From the human T2T-CHM13v2.0 reference genome, Homo sapiens, in NCBI RefSeq assembly GCF_009914755.1, contig NC_060929.1: 64,000 nt of DNA; one strand, written 5' to 3'. Under the pieces are notes generated by a model. That model was not told the DNA's origin. It saw only the letters and a program-made list of their open reading frames with translations, and made no database searches. This document shows positions 46,569 to 58,730 of the stretch, piece after piece (the stretch's first letter is position 1; every line of letters starts with the position of its first letter). Both the position numbers and the translations under genes were made by a program.

Positions 46569-48546
46569 TTCCACTCGAATACATTCCTTCTATTCCACTC
46601 GGAATGATTCCACTCCATTCCATTCCATTCCATTTCGTTCCATTCCATACTATTCCGTACCATTCCATTCCATTCCTTTCCATTCTATTCCATTCCATGC
46701 CATTCCACTCGGGTTGATTCCATTCCTTTCCATTCCATTCGGGTTGAATCCATTCCATTCCATTCCATTCCATTCGATTCCATGCCATTGCACTCGGGTT
46801 GCTTCCATTCCATTGCATTCCATTCCACTCCATTGCATTCCATTCCATTACAAACAATTCCATTGCATTCCATTCCATTCCATCCCAATTGGGTTGAATG
46901 CATTCTATTCCATTTCCTTCCATTCTATTCTGTACCATTCCATTCCATTCCATTGCATTCCGTTCCACTCCATTCCATTCGGGTTGATTCTATTCAATTC
47001 CTTTACACTCCATTCCATTCCATTCCATTCCACACAATTCCATTCCATTCGATTAAATTCCAATTGGGTTGAATCCATTCCGTTCCATTTCGTTCCATTC
47101 CATTCTATTGCGTACCATTCCATTCCATTCCATTCCTTTCCATTCCATGCCATTCCACTCGGGTTGATTCCATTTCATTCCATTCTGTTCGGGTTGATTC
47201 CATTCCATTCCATTCCATTCCATTCCATTCCATTCCATTGCACTCGAGTTGATTCCATTCCATTCCATTCCATTCCATTCCATTCCATTCCATTCCACTC
47301 GGGTTGATTCCATTCTATTCTTTTCCATTCCATTCCATTCCCTTCCATTCTAGTCCGGTTGATTCCATTCTTTCCATTCCACTCGAAATCATTCCCTTTT
47401 ATTCCACTCGGAATGATTGCACTCCATTCCATTCCATTCCATTCAATTTCGTTCCATTCCATTCCATTCCTTACCGTTCCATTCCACTCCATTCCATTCC
47501 ATTCCATTCCATTCCATGCCATTCCACTCGGGTTGATTCCATTCCTTTCCATTACATTCGGGTTGAATCCATTCCATTCCATTCCATTCCATTCGATTCC
47601 ATTCCATTGCACTTGGGTTGATTCCCTTCCATTCTATTCCATTTCACTCCATTCCATTCCATTCCACTCCATTCCATTCGGGATGATTCCATTCCATTCC
47701 ATTCCATTCCACCCTGTATGATTCAGTTCCATTCCATTCGATTCCATGCGATTTGATTCCATTCCATTCTATTCCGTTTCATTCCATTCCACGCCATACG
47801 ATTCCATTCCATTCCAATCCATTCGGGTACATTCCACTGCATTTCATTCCATTCCATTCCATTCCTTTCTGGTAGATTCCATTCCATTCCATTCCATTCC
47901 ATTCCATTCCATTCCATTCCATTCCATTCCACTCGGGTTGATTCCATTCCATACCTTTCCATTCCACTCCATTCCCTTCCATTCCACTCGGGTTGATTCC
48001 ATTCGTTTCCAATCCATTGCATTACATTCCCTTCCATTCCACTTGGAATGATTCCTTTCAATTCCATTGCATTCCATTCCAATCCATTCCATTCCATTCC
48101 ATTCCATTCCACTCGAGTTGATTCCATTCAATTCCATTCCATTCCATTCCATTCCATTCCACTCGAGTTGATTCCATTCCATTCCATTCCATTCCATTCC
48201 ATTCCATTCCATTCTATTCGTTTCCTTTCCATTCCATTCCACTCTGTTTTATTCAGTTCCATTCCATTCCATTCCACGCGATTTCATTCCATTCCATTCT
48301 ATTCCGATTCATTCAATTCCAGGCCATAAGATTCCATTCCATTCCATTCCAAAGGGGTACATTCCATTTCATTCCATTCAATTCCATTCCATTCCATTGA
48401 ATTATGGTAGATTCCATTCCATTCCATTCCATTCCATTGCACTCGGGTTGATTCCATTCCTTTCCATTCCACTCGATTACATTCCCTTCCATTCCACTCG
48501 GAATGATTCCATTCCATTACATTCCATTCCATTGCATTCCATTCCA
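46569..48546 (+). repeat. Donor copy of a near-identical segment repeated at 62018-64000
   Basis: Base-for-base match at offset 15449, then 15454. Unique markers: CAAACAATTCC, GATTAAATTCC, CTAGTCCGGTTG, GAAATCATTCC, AAAGGGGTAC. Confidence 0.95.
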
Positions 48547-48899
48547 ATCCATTCCATTCCACTCGAGTTGATTCCATTCCATTCCATTCCATTCCTTTCC
48601 ATTCCATTCCATTCCATTGCATTCCATTCCATTCGGGTTGATTCTATTCAATTCCTTTAAAATCTATTCCATTCCATTCCATTACACACAATTCCATTCC
48701 ATTCCATTGCACTCCAATTGGGTTGAATCCATTTCATTCCATTTCGTTCCATTCCATTCTATTCCGTACCATTCCATTCCATTCCATTCATTTCCTTACC
48801 ATTCCATGCCATTCCAATCGGGTCGATTCCATTTCATTCCATTCCATTCCATTCCATTCCATTCCATTCCATTCCATTCCATTCCATTCCATTCCATTC

Positions 48900-51875
48900 C
48901 ATTCCCATCCGCTCCGTTCCATTCCATCCCATTCCATTCGGGTTGATTCTATTCAATTCCTTTACACTCCATTCCAATCCATTCCATTCCACACAAATCC
49001 ATTCCATTCCATTCCATTTCATGTGGGTTCAATGCATTCTATTCCTTTAGGTTCCATTCATTTCTATTCCGTAGCATTCAATTCCATTACATTCAATTCC
49101 ATTCCATGCCTTTCTACTCGGGTTGATTCCATTCCACTCCATTCCATTTCATTCCAGTCTGGTTGATTCAAATCCATTCCTTTCCATTCCATTCCATTCC
49201 CTTCCATTCCACTCGGGTTGATTCCATTCCTTTCCATTCCACTCGATTACATTCCCTTCCATTCCACTCGCAATGATTCCATTCCCTTCCATTGCATTCC
49301 ATTCCAATCCATTCCACACCATTCCATTCCACTCGAGTTGATTCCATTCCATTCCATTTCATTGCATTCCATTGCATTCCAATCCATGCCATTCCATTCC
49401 ATTCCATAGCATTCCATTCCATTCCATTCCATTGCACTCGAGTTGATTCCATTCCATTCCATTCCATTCCATTCCTTTCCATTCCATTCCACTCTGGTTG
49501 ATTCCATTGTATTCTTTTCCATTCCATTCCGTTCCCTTCCATTCCACTCGGGTTGCTTCCATTCCTTTCCATTCCAGTCGATTACATTCCCTTCTATTGC
49601 ATTCGGAATAATTCCACTCCATTCCATTCCATTCCATTCCATTCCATTCCATTCCATTCCATTCCATTTCGTTCCATTCCATTCTATTCCGTACCATTCC
49701 ATTCCATTCCTTTCCACTCTATTCCATTCCATGCCATTTCACTCGGGTTGATTCCATTCCTTTCCATTCCATTCGGGTTGAATCCATTCCATTCCATTCC
49801 ATTCCATTCCATTCCATTCCATTCCATGGCACTCGGGTTGATTCCATTCCATTCCATTCCATTCCATTCCATTCCATTCCGCTCCATTCCATTCGGGATG
49901 ATTCCATTCCATTCCATTCCATTCCATTCCACTCTGTTTGATTCAGTTCCATTCCATTCCATTCCACGCGATTTGTTTCCATTCCATTCTATTCCGTTTC
50001 TTTCCATTCCATGCCATACGATTCCTTTCCATTCCATTCCATTCGGGTACATTCCATTCCATTCCATTTCATTCCATTGCATTCTGGTAGATTCCATTCC
50101 ATTCCATTCCATTCCAATACATTACATTCCTTTCCATTCCTTTCCATTCCTTTCCATTCCATTCCACTCGGGTTGATTCCATTCCATTCCTTTCCATTCC
50201 ATTCCATTCCCTTCCAATCCCTTCCATTGCATTTCATTCCAATCCATTCCATTCCATTCCATTCCACTCTAGTTGATTCCATTCCATTCCATTCCATTCC
50301 ATTCCATTCCGCTCCATTAAATTCAGGATGATTCCCTTCCATTCCATTCCATTCCACTCTGTTTGATTCAGTTCCATTCCATTCCATTCCACGCAATTTG
50401 ATTCCATTCCATTCTATTCCGTTTCTTTCCATTCCATGCCATACGATTCCATTCGATTCCATTCCATTCGGGTACATTCCATTCCATTCCATTCCATTTC
50501 ATTCCATTGCATTCTGGTAGATTCCATTCCATTCCATTCCATTCCATTCCATTCCAATCCATTCCATTCCCATCCGCTCCGTTCCATTCCATCCCATTCC
50601 ATTCGGGTTGATTCTATTCAATTCCTTTACACTCCATTCCAATCCATTCCATTCCACACAAATCCATTCCATTCCATTCCATTTCATGTGGGTTCAATGC
50701 ATTCTATTCCTTTAGGTTCCATTCATTTCTATTCCGTAGCATTCAATTCCATTACATTCAATTCCATTCCATGCCTTTCTACTCGGGTTGATTCCATTCC
50801 ATTCCATTCCATTTCATTCCAGTCTGGTTGAGTCAAATCCATTCCTTTCCATTCCATTCCATTCCCTTCCATTCCACTCGGGTTGATTCCGTTCCTTTCC
50901 ATTCCACTCGATTACATTCCCTTCCATTCCACTCGCAATGATTCCATTCCCTTCCATTGCATTCCATTCCAATCCATTCCACACCATTCCATTCCACTCG
51001 AGTTGATTCCATTCCATTCCATTTCATTGCATTCCATTGCATTCCAATCCATGCCATTCCATTCCATTCCATAGCATTCCATTCCATTCCATTCCATTCC
51101 ATTCCATTGCACTCGAGTTGATTTCATTCCATTCCATTCCATTCCATTCCTTTCCATTCCATTCCACTCTGGTTGATTCCATTGTATTCTTTTCCATTCC
51201 ATTCTGTTCCCTTCCATTCCACTCGGGTTGCTTCCATTCCTTTCCATTCCAGTCGATTACATTCCCTTCTATTGCATTCGGAATAATTCCACTCCATTCC
51301 ATTCCATTCCATTCCATTCCATTCCATTCCATTCCATTCCATTCCATTCCATTTCGTTCCATTCCATTCTATTCCGTACCATTCCATTCCATTCCTTTCC
51401 ACTCTATTCCATTCCATGCCATTTCACTCAGGTTGATTCCATTCCTTTCCATTCCATTCGGGTTGAATCCATTCCATTCCATTCCATTCCATTCCATTCC
51501 ATGTCACTCGGGTTGATTCCATTCCATTCCATTCCATTCCATTCCATTCCATTCTGCTCCATTCCATTCGGGATGATTCCATTCCATTCCATTCCATTCC
51601 ATTCCATTCCATTCCACTCTGTTTGATTCAGTTCCATTCCATTCCATTCCACGCGATTTGTTTCCATTCCATTCTATTCCGTTTCTTTCCATTCCATGCC
51701 ATACGATTCCTTTCCATTCCATTCCATTCGGGTACATTCCATTCCATTCCATTTCATTCCATTGCATTCTGGTAGATTCCATTCCATTCCATTCCATTCC
51801 AATACATTACATTCCTTTCCATTCCTTTCCATTCCTTTCCATTCCATTCCACTCGGGTTGATTCCATTCCATTCC
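48900..51875 (+). repeat. Near-tandem duplication of a ~1.29 kb block (48900-50190 and 50565-51875), offset 1665-1685
   Basis: CCTTTAGGTTCC, ACACAAATCC, ACTCGCAATG, CCATTGTATTC, TCGGAATAATTCC and AATACATTAC each occur twice. ORF pairs at offsets 1665, 1675 and 1685. Confidence 0.92.
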
Positions 51876-52499
51876 ATTCCATTCCATTCCATTCCATTCC
51901 ATTCCATTCCATTCCACTCTGGTTGATTCCATTCTATTCTTTTCCATTCCATTCCATTCCCTTCCATTCCACTTGGGTTGATTCCATTCCTTTCCATTCC
52001 ACTCGAATACATTCCTTCTATTCCACTCGGAATGATTCCACTCCATTCCATTCCATTCCATTTCGTTCCATTCCATTCTATTCCGTACCATTCCATTCCA
52101 TTCCTTTCCATTCTTTTCCATTCCATGCCATTTCACTCGGGTTGATTCCATTCCTTTCCATTCCCTTCGGGTTGAATACATTCCATTCCATTCCATTCCT
52201 TTTGATTCCATTCTGTTGCACTCGGGGTGATTCCATTCCATTCCGTTCCATTCCATTCCATTCCGCTCCATTCCATTCGGGATGATTCCATTCCATTCCA
52301 TTCCTTTCCCTTCCATTCCATTCCACTCTGTTTGTTTCAGTTCCATTCCATTCCATTCCTTTCCATTCCATTCCATTCCATTCGGGTTGATTCCATTTCT
52401 TTCCATTCCACTCGATTACATTACCTTCCATTCCACTCGGAATGATTCCATTCCATTCCATTCCATTCCGTTGCATTCCATTCCATTCCATTCCATTCC

Positions 52500-54500
52500 A
52501 CTCGAGTTGATTCCATTCCATTCCATTCCATTCCATTCCATTCCATTCCATTCCTTAACATTCCATTCCATTCCATTCGGGTTGATTCTTTTCAATTCCT
52601 TTACACTCTATTCCATTCCATTCCATTCCACACAATTCCATTCCATTCCATTCCACTCCAATTGGGTTGAATCCATTTCATTCCATTTCGTTCCATTCCA
52701 TTCTATTCCGTACCATTGCATTCCATTCATTTCCTTACCATTCCATGCCATTCCAATCGGGTTGATTCCATTTCATTCCTTTCTATTCGGGTTGATTCCA
52801 TTCCATTCCATTCCATTCCATTCCATTCCATTCCATTCCGTTCCATTGCACTCGAGTTGATTCCATTCCATTCCATTCCATTCCATTTCATTCCTTTCCA
52901 TTCCATTCCACTCGTGTTGATTCCATTCTATTCCTTTCCATTCCATTCCATTCCCTTCCATTCCACTCGGGTTGATTCCATTCCTTTCCATTCCACTCGA
53001 ATACATTCCCTTCTATTACACTCGGAATGATTCCATTCCATTCCATTCCATTCCATTCCATTCCATTCCATTCCATTTCGTTCCATTCCATTCTATTCAG
53101 TACCATTCCATTCCATTCCATTCCATTGCATTCCATTCCATTCCATGACATTCCACTCGGGTTGATTCCATTCCTTTCCACTCCATTCGGGGTGAATCCA
53201 TTCCATTCCTTTCCATTCCATTCCATTCCTTTCCTTTCCATTGCACTCGGGTTGATTCCATTCCATTCCATTCCATTCCATTCCATTCCATTCCATTCCA
53301 TTCCATTCCATTCTATTCCACTCCATTCCATTCGGGGTGATTCCATTCCATTCCATTCCATTCCATTCCATTCCATTCCACTCTGTTTGATTCAGTTCCA
53401 TTCCATTCCATTCCACACGATTTGATTCCATTCCATTCTATTCCGTTTCATTCCATTCCACGCCATAGGATTCCATTACATTCCATTCCACTCGGTTACA
53501 TTCCATTCCATTCCATTCCATTCCGTTCCATTCCATTCCATTCTGGTAGATTCCATTCCATTCCATTCCATTCCATTCCATTCCATTCCATTACGTTACA
53601 TTGCACTCGGGTTGATTCCATTAATTTCCATTCCACTCGAATACATTGCCTTCCATTCCACTCGGAATGATTCCATTCCATTCCATTCCAATCCATTGCA
53701 TTCCATTCCATTCCATTCCATTCCATTCCATTCCATTCCATTCCATTCCATTCCATTCCATTCCATTCCAATTGGGTTGAATCCATTCCATTCCATTTCG
53801 TTCCATTCCATTCTATTCCGTACCATTCCGTTCCATTCCATTCCATGCCATTCCACTCGGGTTGATTCCTTTCCATTCCATTCCATTCGGGTTGATTATA
53901 TTCCATTCAATTCCATTCCATTCCATTCCATTGCACTCGGGTTGATTCCATTCCATTCCAATACATTCCATTCAATTCCATTCCATTCCACTGAATTCCA
54001 TTGGGGATGATTCCATTCCATTCCGTTCCATTCCATTCCATTCCCTTCCGTTCCACTCGCGTTGATTCCATTCCTTTCCATTCCACTGGATTACATTCCC
54101 CTCCATTCCACTCGGAATGATTCCATTCAATTCCATTGCATTCCATTCCAATCGATTCCATTCCATTCCTTTCCACTCGAGTTGATTCCATTCCATTCCA
54201 TTCCATTCCATTCCATTCCATTCTATTCCATTCCATTCCTTTCCATTCCATTACATTCCATTCTATTCGGGTTGATTCTATTCAATTCCTTTACCCTCCA
54301 TTCCATTCAATTCCATTACACACAATTCCATTTCATTCCATTCCATTCCAATTGGGTTGAATCCATTTCATTCCATTTCGTTCTATTCCATTCTATTCCG
54401 TACCATTCAATTCCATTCCATTCCTTTCCATTCCATGCCATTCCACTCGGGTTGATTCCATTTCATTCCATTCTATTCGGGTTGATTCCATTCCATTCCA
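52500..54500 (+). repeat. Segment paralogous to ~59500-61500 (offset ~6.9-7.0 kb)
   Basis: TACCATTGCATTCCATTCATTTCC (52711/59643), TATTCAGTACC, CGCCATAGGATTCC (53461/60353), GTTGATTATATTCC. Confidence 0.8.
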
Positions 54501-55310
54501 TCCCATCCCATTCCATTCCATTCCATTCCATTCCATTCCATTCCATTGCATTCCAATTGGGTTGAATCCATTCCATTCCATTTCGTTCCATTCCATTCTA
54601 TTCCGTACCATTCCGTTCCATTCCATTCCATGCCATTCCACTCGGGTTGATTCCTTTCCATTCCATTCCATTCGGGTTGATTATATTCCATTCCATTCCA
54701 TTCCATTCCATTCCATTGCACTCGGGTTGATTCCATTCCATTCCAATACATTCCATTCAATTCCATTCCATTCCACTGAATTCCATTGGGGATGATTCCA
54801 TTCCATTCCATTCCATTCCATTCCATTCCATTCCATTCCATTCCATTCCCTTCCATTCCATTCGCGTTGATTCTATTCCTTTCCATTCCACTGGATTACA
54901 TTCCCCTCCATTCCACTCGGAATGATTCCATTCAATTCCATTCCATTCCATTCCAATCGATTCCATTCCATTCCTTTCCACTCGAGTTGATTCCATTCCA
55001 TTCCATTCCATTCCATTCCATTCTATTCCATTCCATTCCTTTCCATTCCATTACATTCCATTCTATTCGGGTTGATTCTATTCAATTCCTTTACCCTCCA
55101 TTCCATTCAATTCCATTACATACAATTCCATTTCATTCCATTGCATTCCAATTGGGTTGAATCCATTTCATTCCATTTCGTTCTATTCCATTCTATTCCG
55201 TACCATTCAATTCCATTCCATTCCTTTCCATTCCATGCCATTCCACTCGGGTTGATTCCATTTCATTCCATTCTATTCGGGTTGATTCCATTCCATTCCA
55301 TCCCATTCCA
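53770..55310 (+). repeat. Tandem duplication of a ~785-800 bp unit
   Basis: GTTGATTATATTCC, CCAATACATTCC, ACTGAATTCCATTGGGGATG, CTGGATTACATTCCCCTCC and TTACCCTCC each occur twice, at offset 785-800. Confidence 0.9.
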
Positions 55311-58300
55311 TTCCATTGCAATCGAGTTGATTCCATTTCATTCCATTCCATTCCATTCCATTGCATTCCATTCCATTCCTTTCCATTCCATTCCACTCGA
55401 GTTGATTCCATTCTATTCTTTTCCATTCCATTCCATTCCCTTCCATTCCACTCTGGGTGATTCCATTCCTTTCCATTCCACTCGAATACATTCCCTTCTA
55501 TTCAACTGGGAATGATTCCATTCCATTCCATTGCATTCCATTCCATTCCATGCCATTCCACTCGGGTTGATTCCATTCCTTTCCACTCCATTCGGGTTGA
55601 ATCCATTCCATTCCATTCCATTCCATTCTGGTAGATTCCATTCCATTCCATTCCATTCCATTCCATTACATTATTTTCCATTACATTACATTACATTACA
55701 TTGCACTCGGGTTGATTGCATTCCTTTCCATTCCACTCGATTACATTCCCTTCTATTCCACTCGGAATGATTCCATTCCATTCCATTCCATTCCAACTGA
55801 GTTGAATCCATTCCATTCCATTCCGTTCCATTCCATTCCATTCCATTCCATTCCATTCCATTCCATTCCACTCTGTTTGATTCAGTTGTATTCCATTCCA
55901 TTCCACGCGATTTGATTCCATTCCATTCTATTCCGTTTCATTCCATTGCACGCTATACGATTCCATTCCATTCCACACCATTCGGGTACATTCCATTCCA
56001 TTCCATTCCATTCCATTCCTTTCCATTCCATTCCATTGCACTTGGGTTGATTCCAATTCATTCCCTTCCATTCCATTCCATTCCATTCCATTCCATTGCA
56101 TTCCATTCCGTTCCATTCCATTCAACTCCTTTCCATTCCATTCCATTCCATTCCATTCGGATTGTTTCTATTCAATTCCTTTACACTCCATTCCATTCCA
56201 TTCCATTCCATTCCACACAATTCCATTCCGTACCATTCCATTCCATTCCATTCCTTTCCCTTCCATGCCCTTCTAATCGGGTTTGATTCCATTTCATTCA
56301 ATTTTATTCGGGTTGATTGCATTCCATTCCATTCCATTCCATTCCATTCCATTCCATTGCATTCCATAGCACTCGAGTTGATTCCATTCCATTCCATTCC
56401 ATTCCATTGCACTAGAGATTATTCCATTCCATTCCATTCGATTCCATTCCATTCCATTCCTTTCCCTTCCATTCCACTCGGGTTCTTGCCATTCCATTCC
56501 ATTCCATTCCATTCCATTCCATTCCATTACATTCAATTCCACTCGGGTTGATTCCATTCTATTCTTTTCCATTCCATTCCATTCCCTTCCATTCCACTCG
56601 GGTTGATTCCATTCCTTTCCATTCCACTCGAATACATTCCCTTCTATTCCACTCGGAATGATTCCATTCCATTCCATTCCATTCCATTCCATTCCATTCC
56701 ATTCCATTCCATTTCATTTCGTTCTATTCCATTCTATTCCGTACCATTCCATTCCATTCCATTCCATTCCATTCCATTCCTTTCCATTCCATTCCATTCC
56801 ATTCCATTCCATTCCATTCCATGCCATTCCACTCGGGTTGATTCCATTCCTTTCCTTTCCGTTCGGATTGAATCCATTCCATTCCATTCCTTTCCATTCA
56901 ATTCCATTCTATTGCACTCGGGTTCATTCCATTCCATTCCATTCCATTCTACACCATTCCATTCGATTCCACTGAATTCCATTGTGGATGATTCCATTCC
57001 CTTCCATTCCATTCCATTCCATTCCCTTCCATTCCCTTCCATTCCACTCGCGTTGATTCCATTCCTTTCCATTCCACTGGTTTACATTCCCCTCCATTCC
57101 ACTCGGAATTATTCCATTCAATTCCATTCCATTCCATTCCAATCGATTCCATTCCATTCCTTTCCACTCGAGTTGATTCCATTCCATTCCATTCCATTCC
57201 ATTCCATTCTATTCCATTCCATTCCTTTCCATTCCATTACATTCCATTCTATTCGGGTTGATTCTATTCAATTCCTTTACCCTCCATTCCATTCAATTCC
57301 ATTACACACAATTCCATTTCATTCCATTCCATTCCAATTGGGTTGAATCCATTTCATTCCATTTCGTTCTATTCCATTCTATTCCGTACCATTCAATTCC
57401 ATTCCATTCCTTTCCATTCCATGCCATTCCACTCGGGTTGATTCCATTTCATTCCATTCTATTCGGGTTGATTCCATTCCATTCCATCCCATTCCATTCC
57501 ATCCCATTCCATTCCATTCGATTGCAATCGAGTTGATTCCATTTCATTCCATTCCATTCCATTCCATTGCATTCCATTCCATTCCTTTCCATTCCATTCC
57601 ACTCGAGTTGATTCCATTCTATTCTTTTCCATTCCATTCCATTCCCTTCCATTCCACTCTGGGTGATTCCATTCCTTTCCATTCCACTCGAATACATTCC
57701 CTTCTATTCAACTGGGAATGATTCCATTCCATTCCATTGCATTCCATTCCATTCTATGCCATTCCATTCGGGTTGATTCCATTCCTTTCCACTCCATTCG
57801 GGTTGAATCCATTCCATTACATTCCATTCCATTCTGGTAGATTCCATTCCATTCCATTCCATTCCATTCCATTCCATTACATTATTTTCCATTACATTAC
57901 ATTACATTACATTGCACTCGGGTTGATTCCATTCCTTTCCATTCCACTCGATTACATTCCCTTCTATTTCACTCGGAATGATTCCATTCCATTCCATTCC
58001 ATTCCAACTGAGTTGAATCCATTCCATTCCATTTCGTTCCATTCCATTCTATTCCCTACCATTCCATTCCTTTCCATTCCATTCCATTCCATTCCATTCC
58101 ATTCCACTCTGTTTGATTCAGTTGCATTCCATTCCATTCCACGCGATTTGATTCCATTCCATTCTATTCCGTTTCATTCCATTCCACGCTATACGATTCC
58201 ATTCCATTCCACACCATTCGGGTACATTCCATTCCATTCCATTCCATTCCATTCCATTCCTTTCCATTCCATTCCATTGCACTTGGGTTGATTCCAATTC

Positions 58301-58730
58301 ATTCCATTCCATTCCATTCCATTCCATTCCATTCCATTCCATTCCATTGTATTCCATTCCGTTCCATTCCATTCAACTCCTTTCCATTCCATTCCATTCC
58401 ATTCCATTCGGGTTGTTTCTATTCAATTCCTTTACACTCCATTCCATTCCATTCCATTCCACACAATTCCATTCCGTACCACTCCATTCCATTCCATTCC
58501 TTTCCGTTCCATGCCCTTCCAATCGGGTTTGATTCCATTTCTTTCAATTTTATTCGGGTTGATTGCATTCCATTCCATTCCTTTCCATTCCATTCCATTG
58601 CATTCCATAGCACTCGAGTTGATTCCATTCCATTCCATTCCATTCCATTGCACTAGAGTTGATTCCATTCCATTTCATTCGATTCCATTCCATTCCATTC
58701 CATTCCCTTCCATTCCACTCGGGTTCTTGC
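54770..58730 (+). repeat. Tandem duplication of a ~2.2 kb unit
   Basis: CAACTGGGAATG (55503/57709), a (CATTA)n run (~55665/57876), CCAACTGAG, GCTATACG, the 1-bp insertion CGGGTTTGA (56278/58524) and GGGTTCTTGCC. ORF offsets 2186-2261. Confidence 0.88.
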
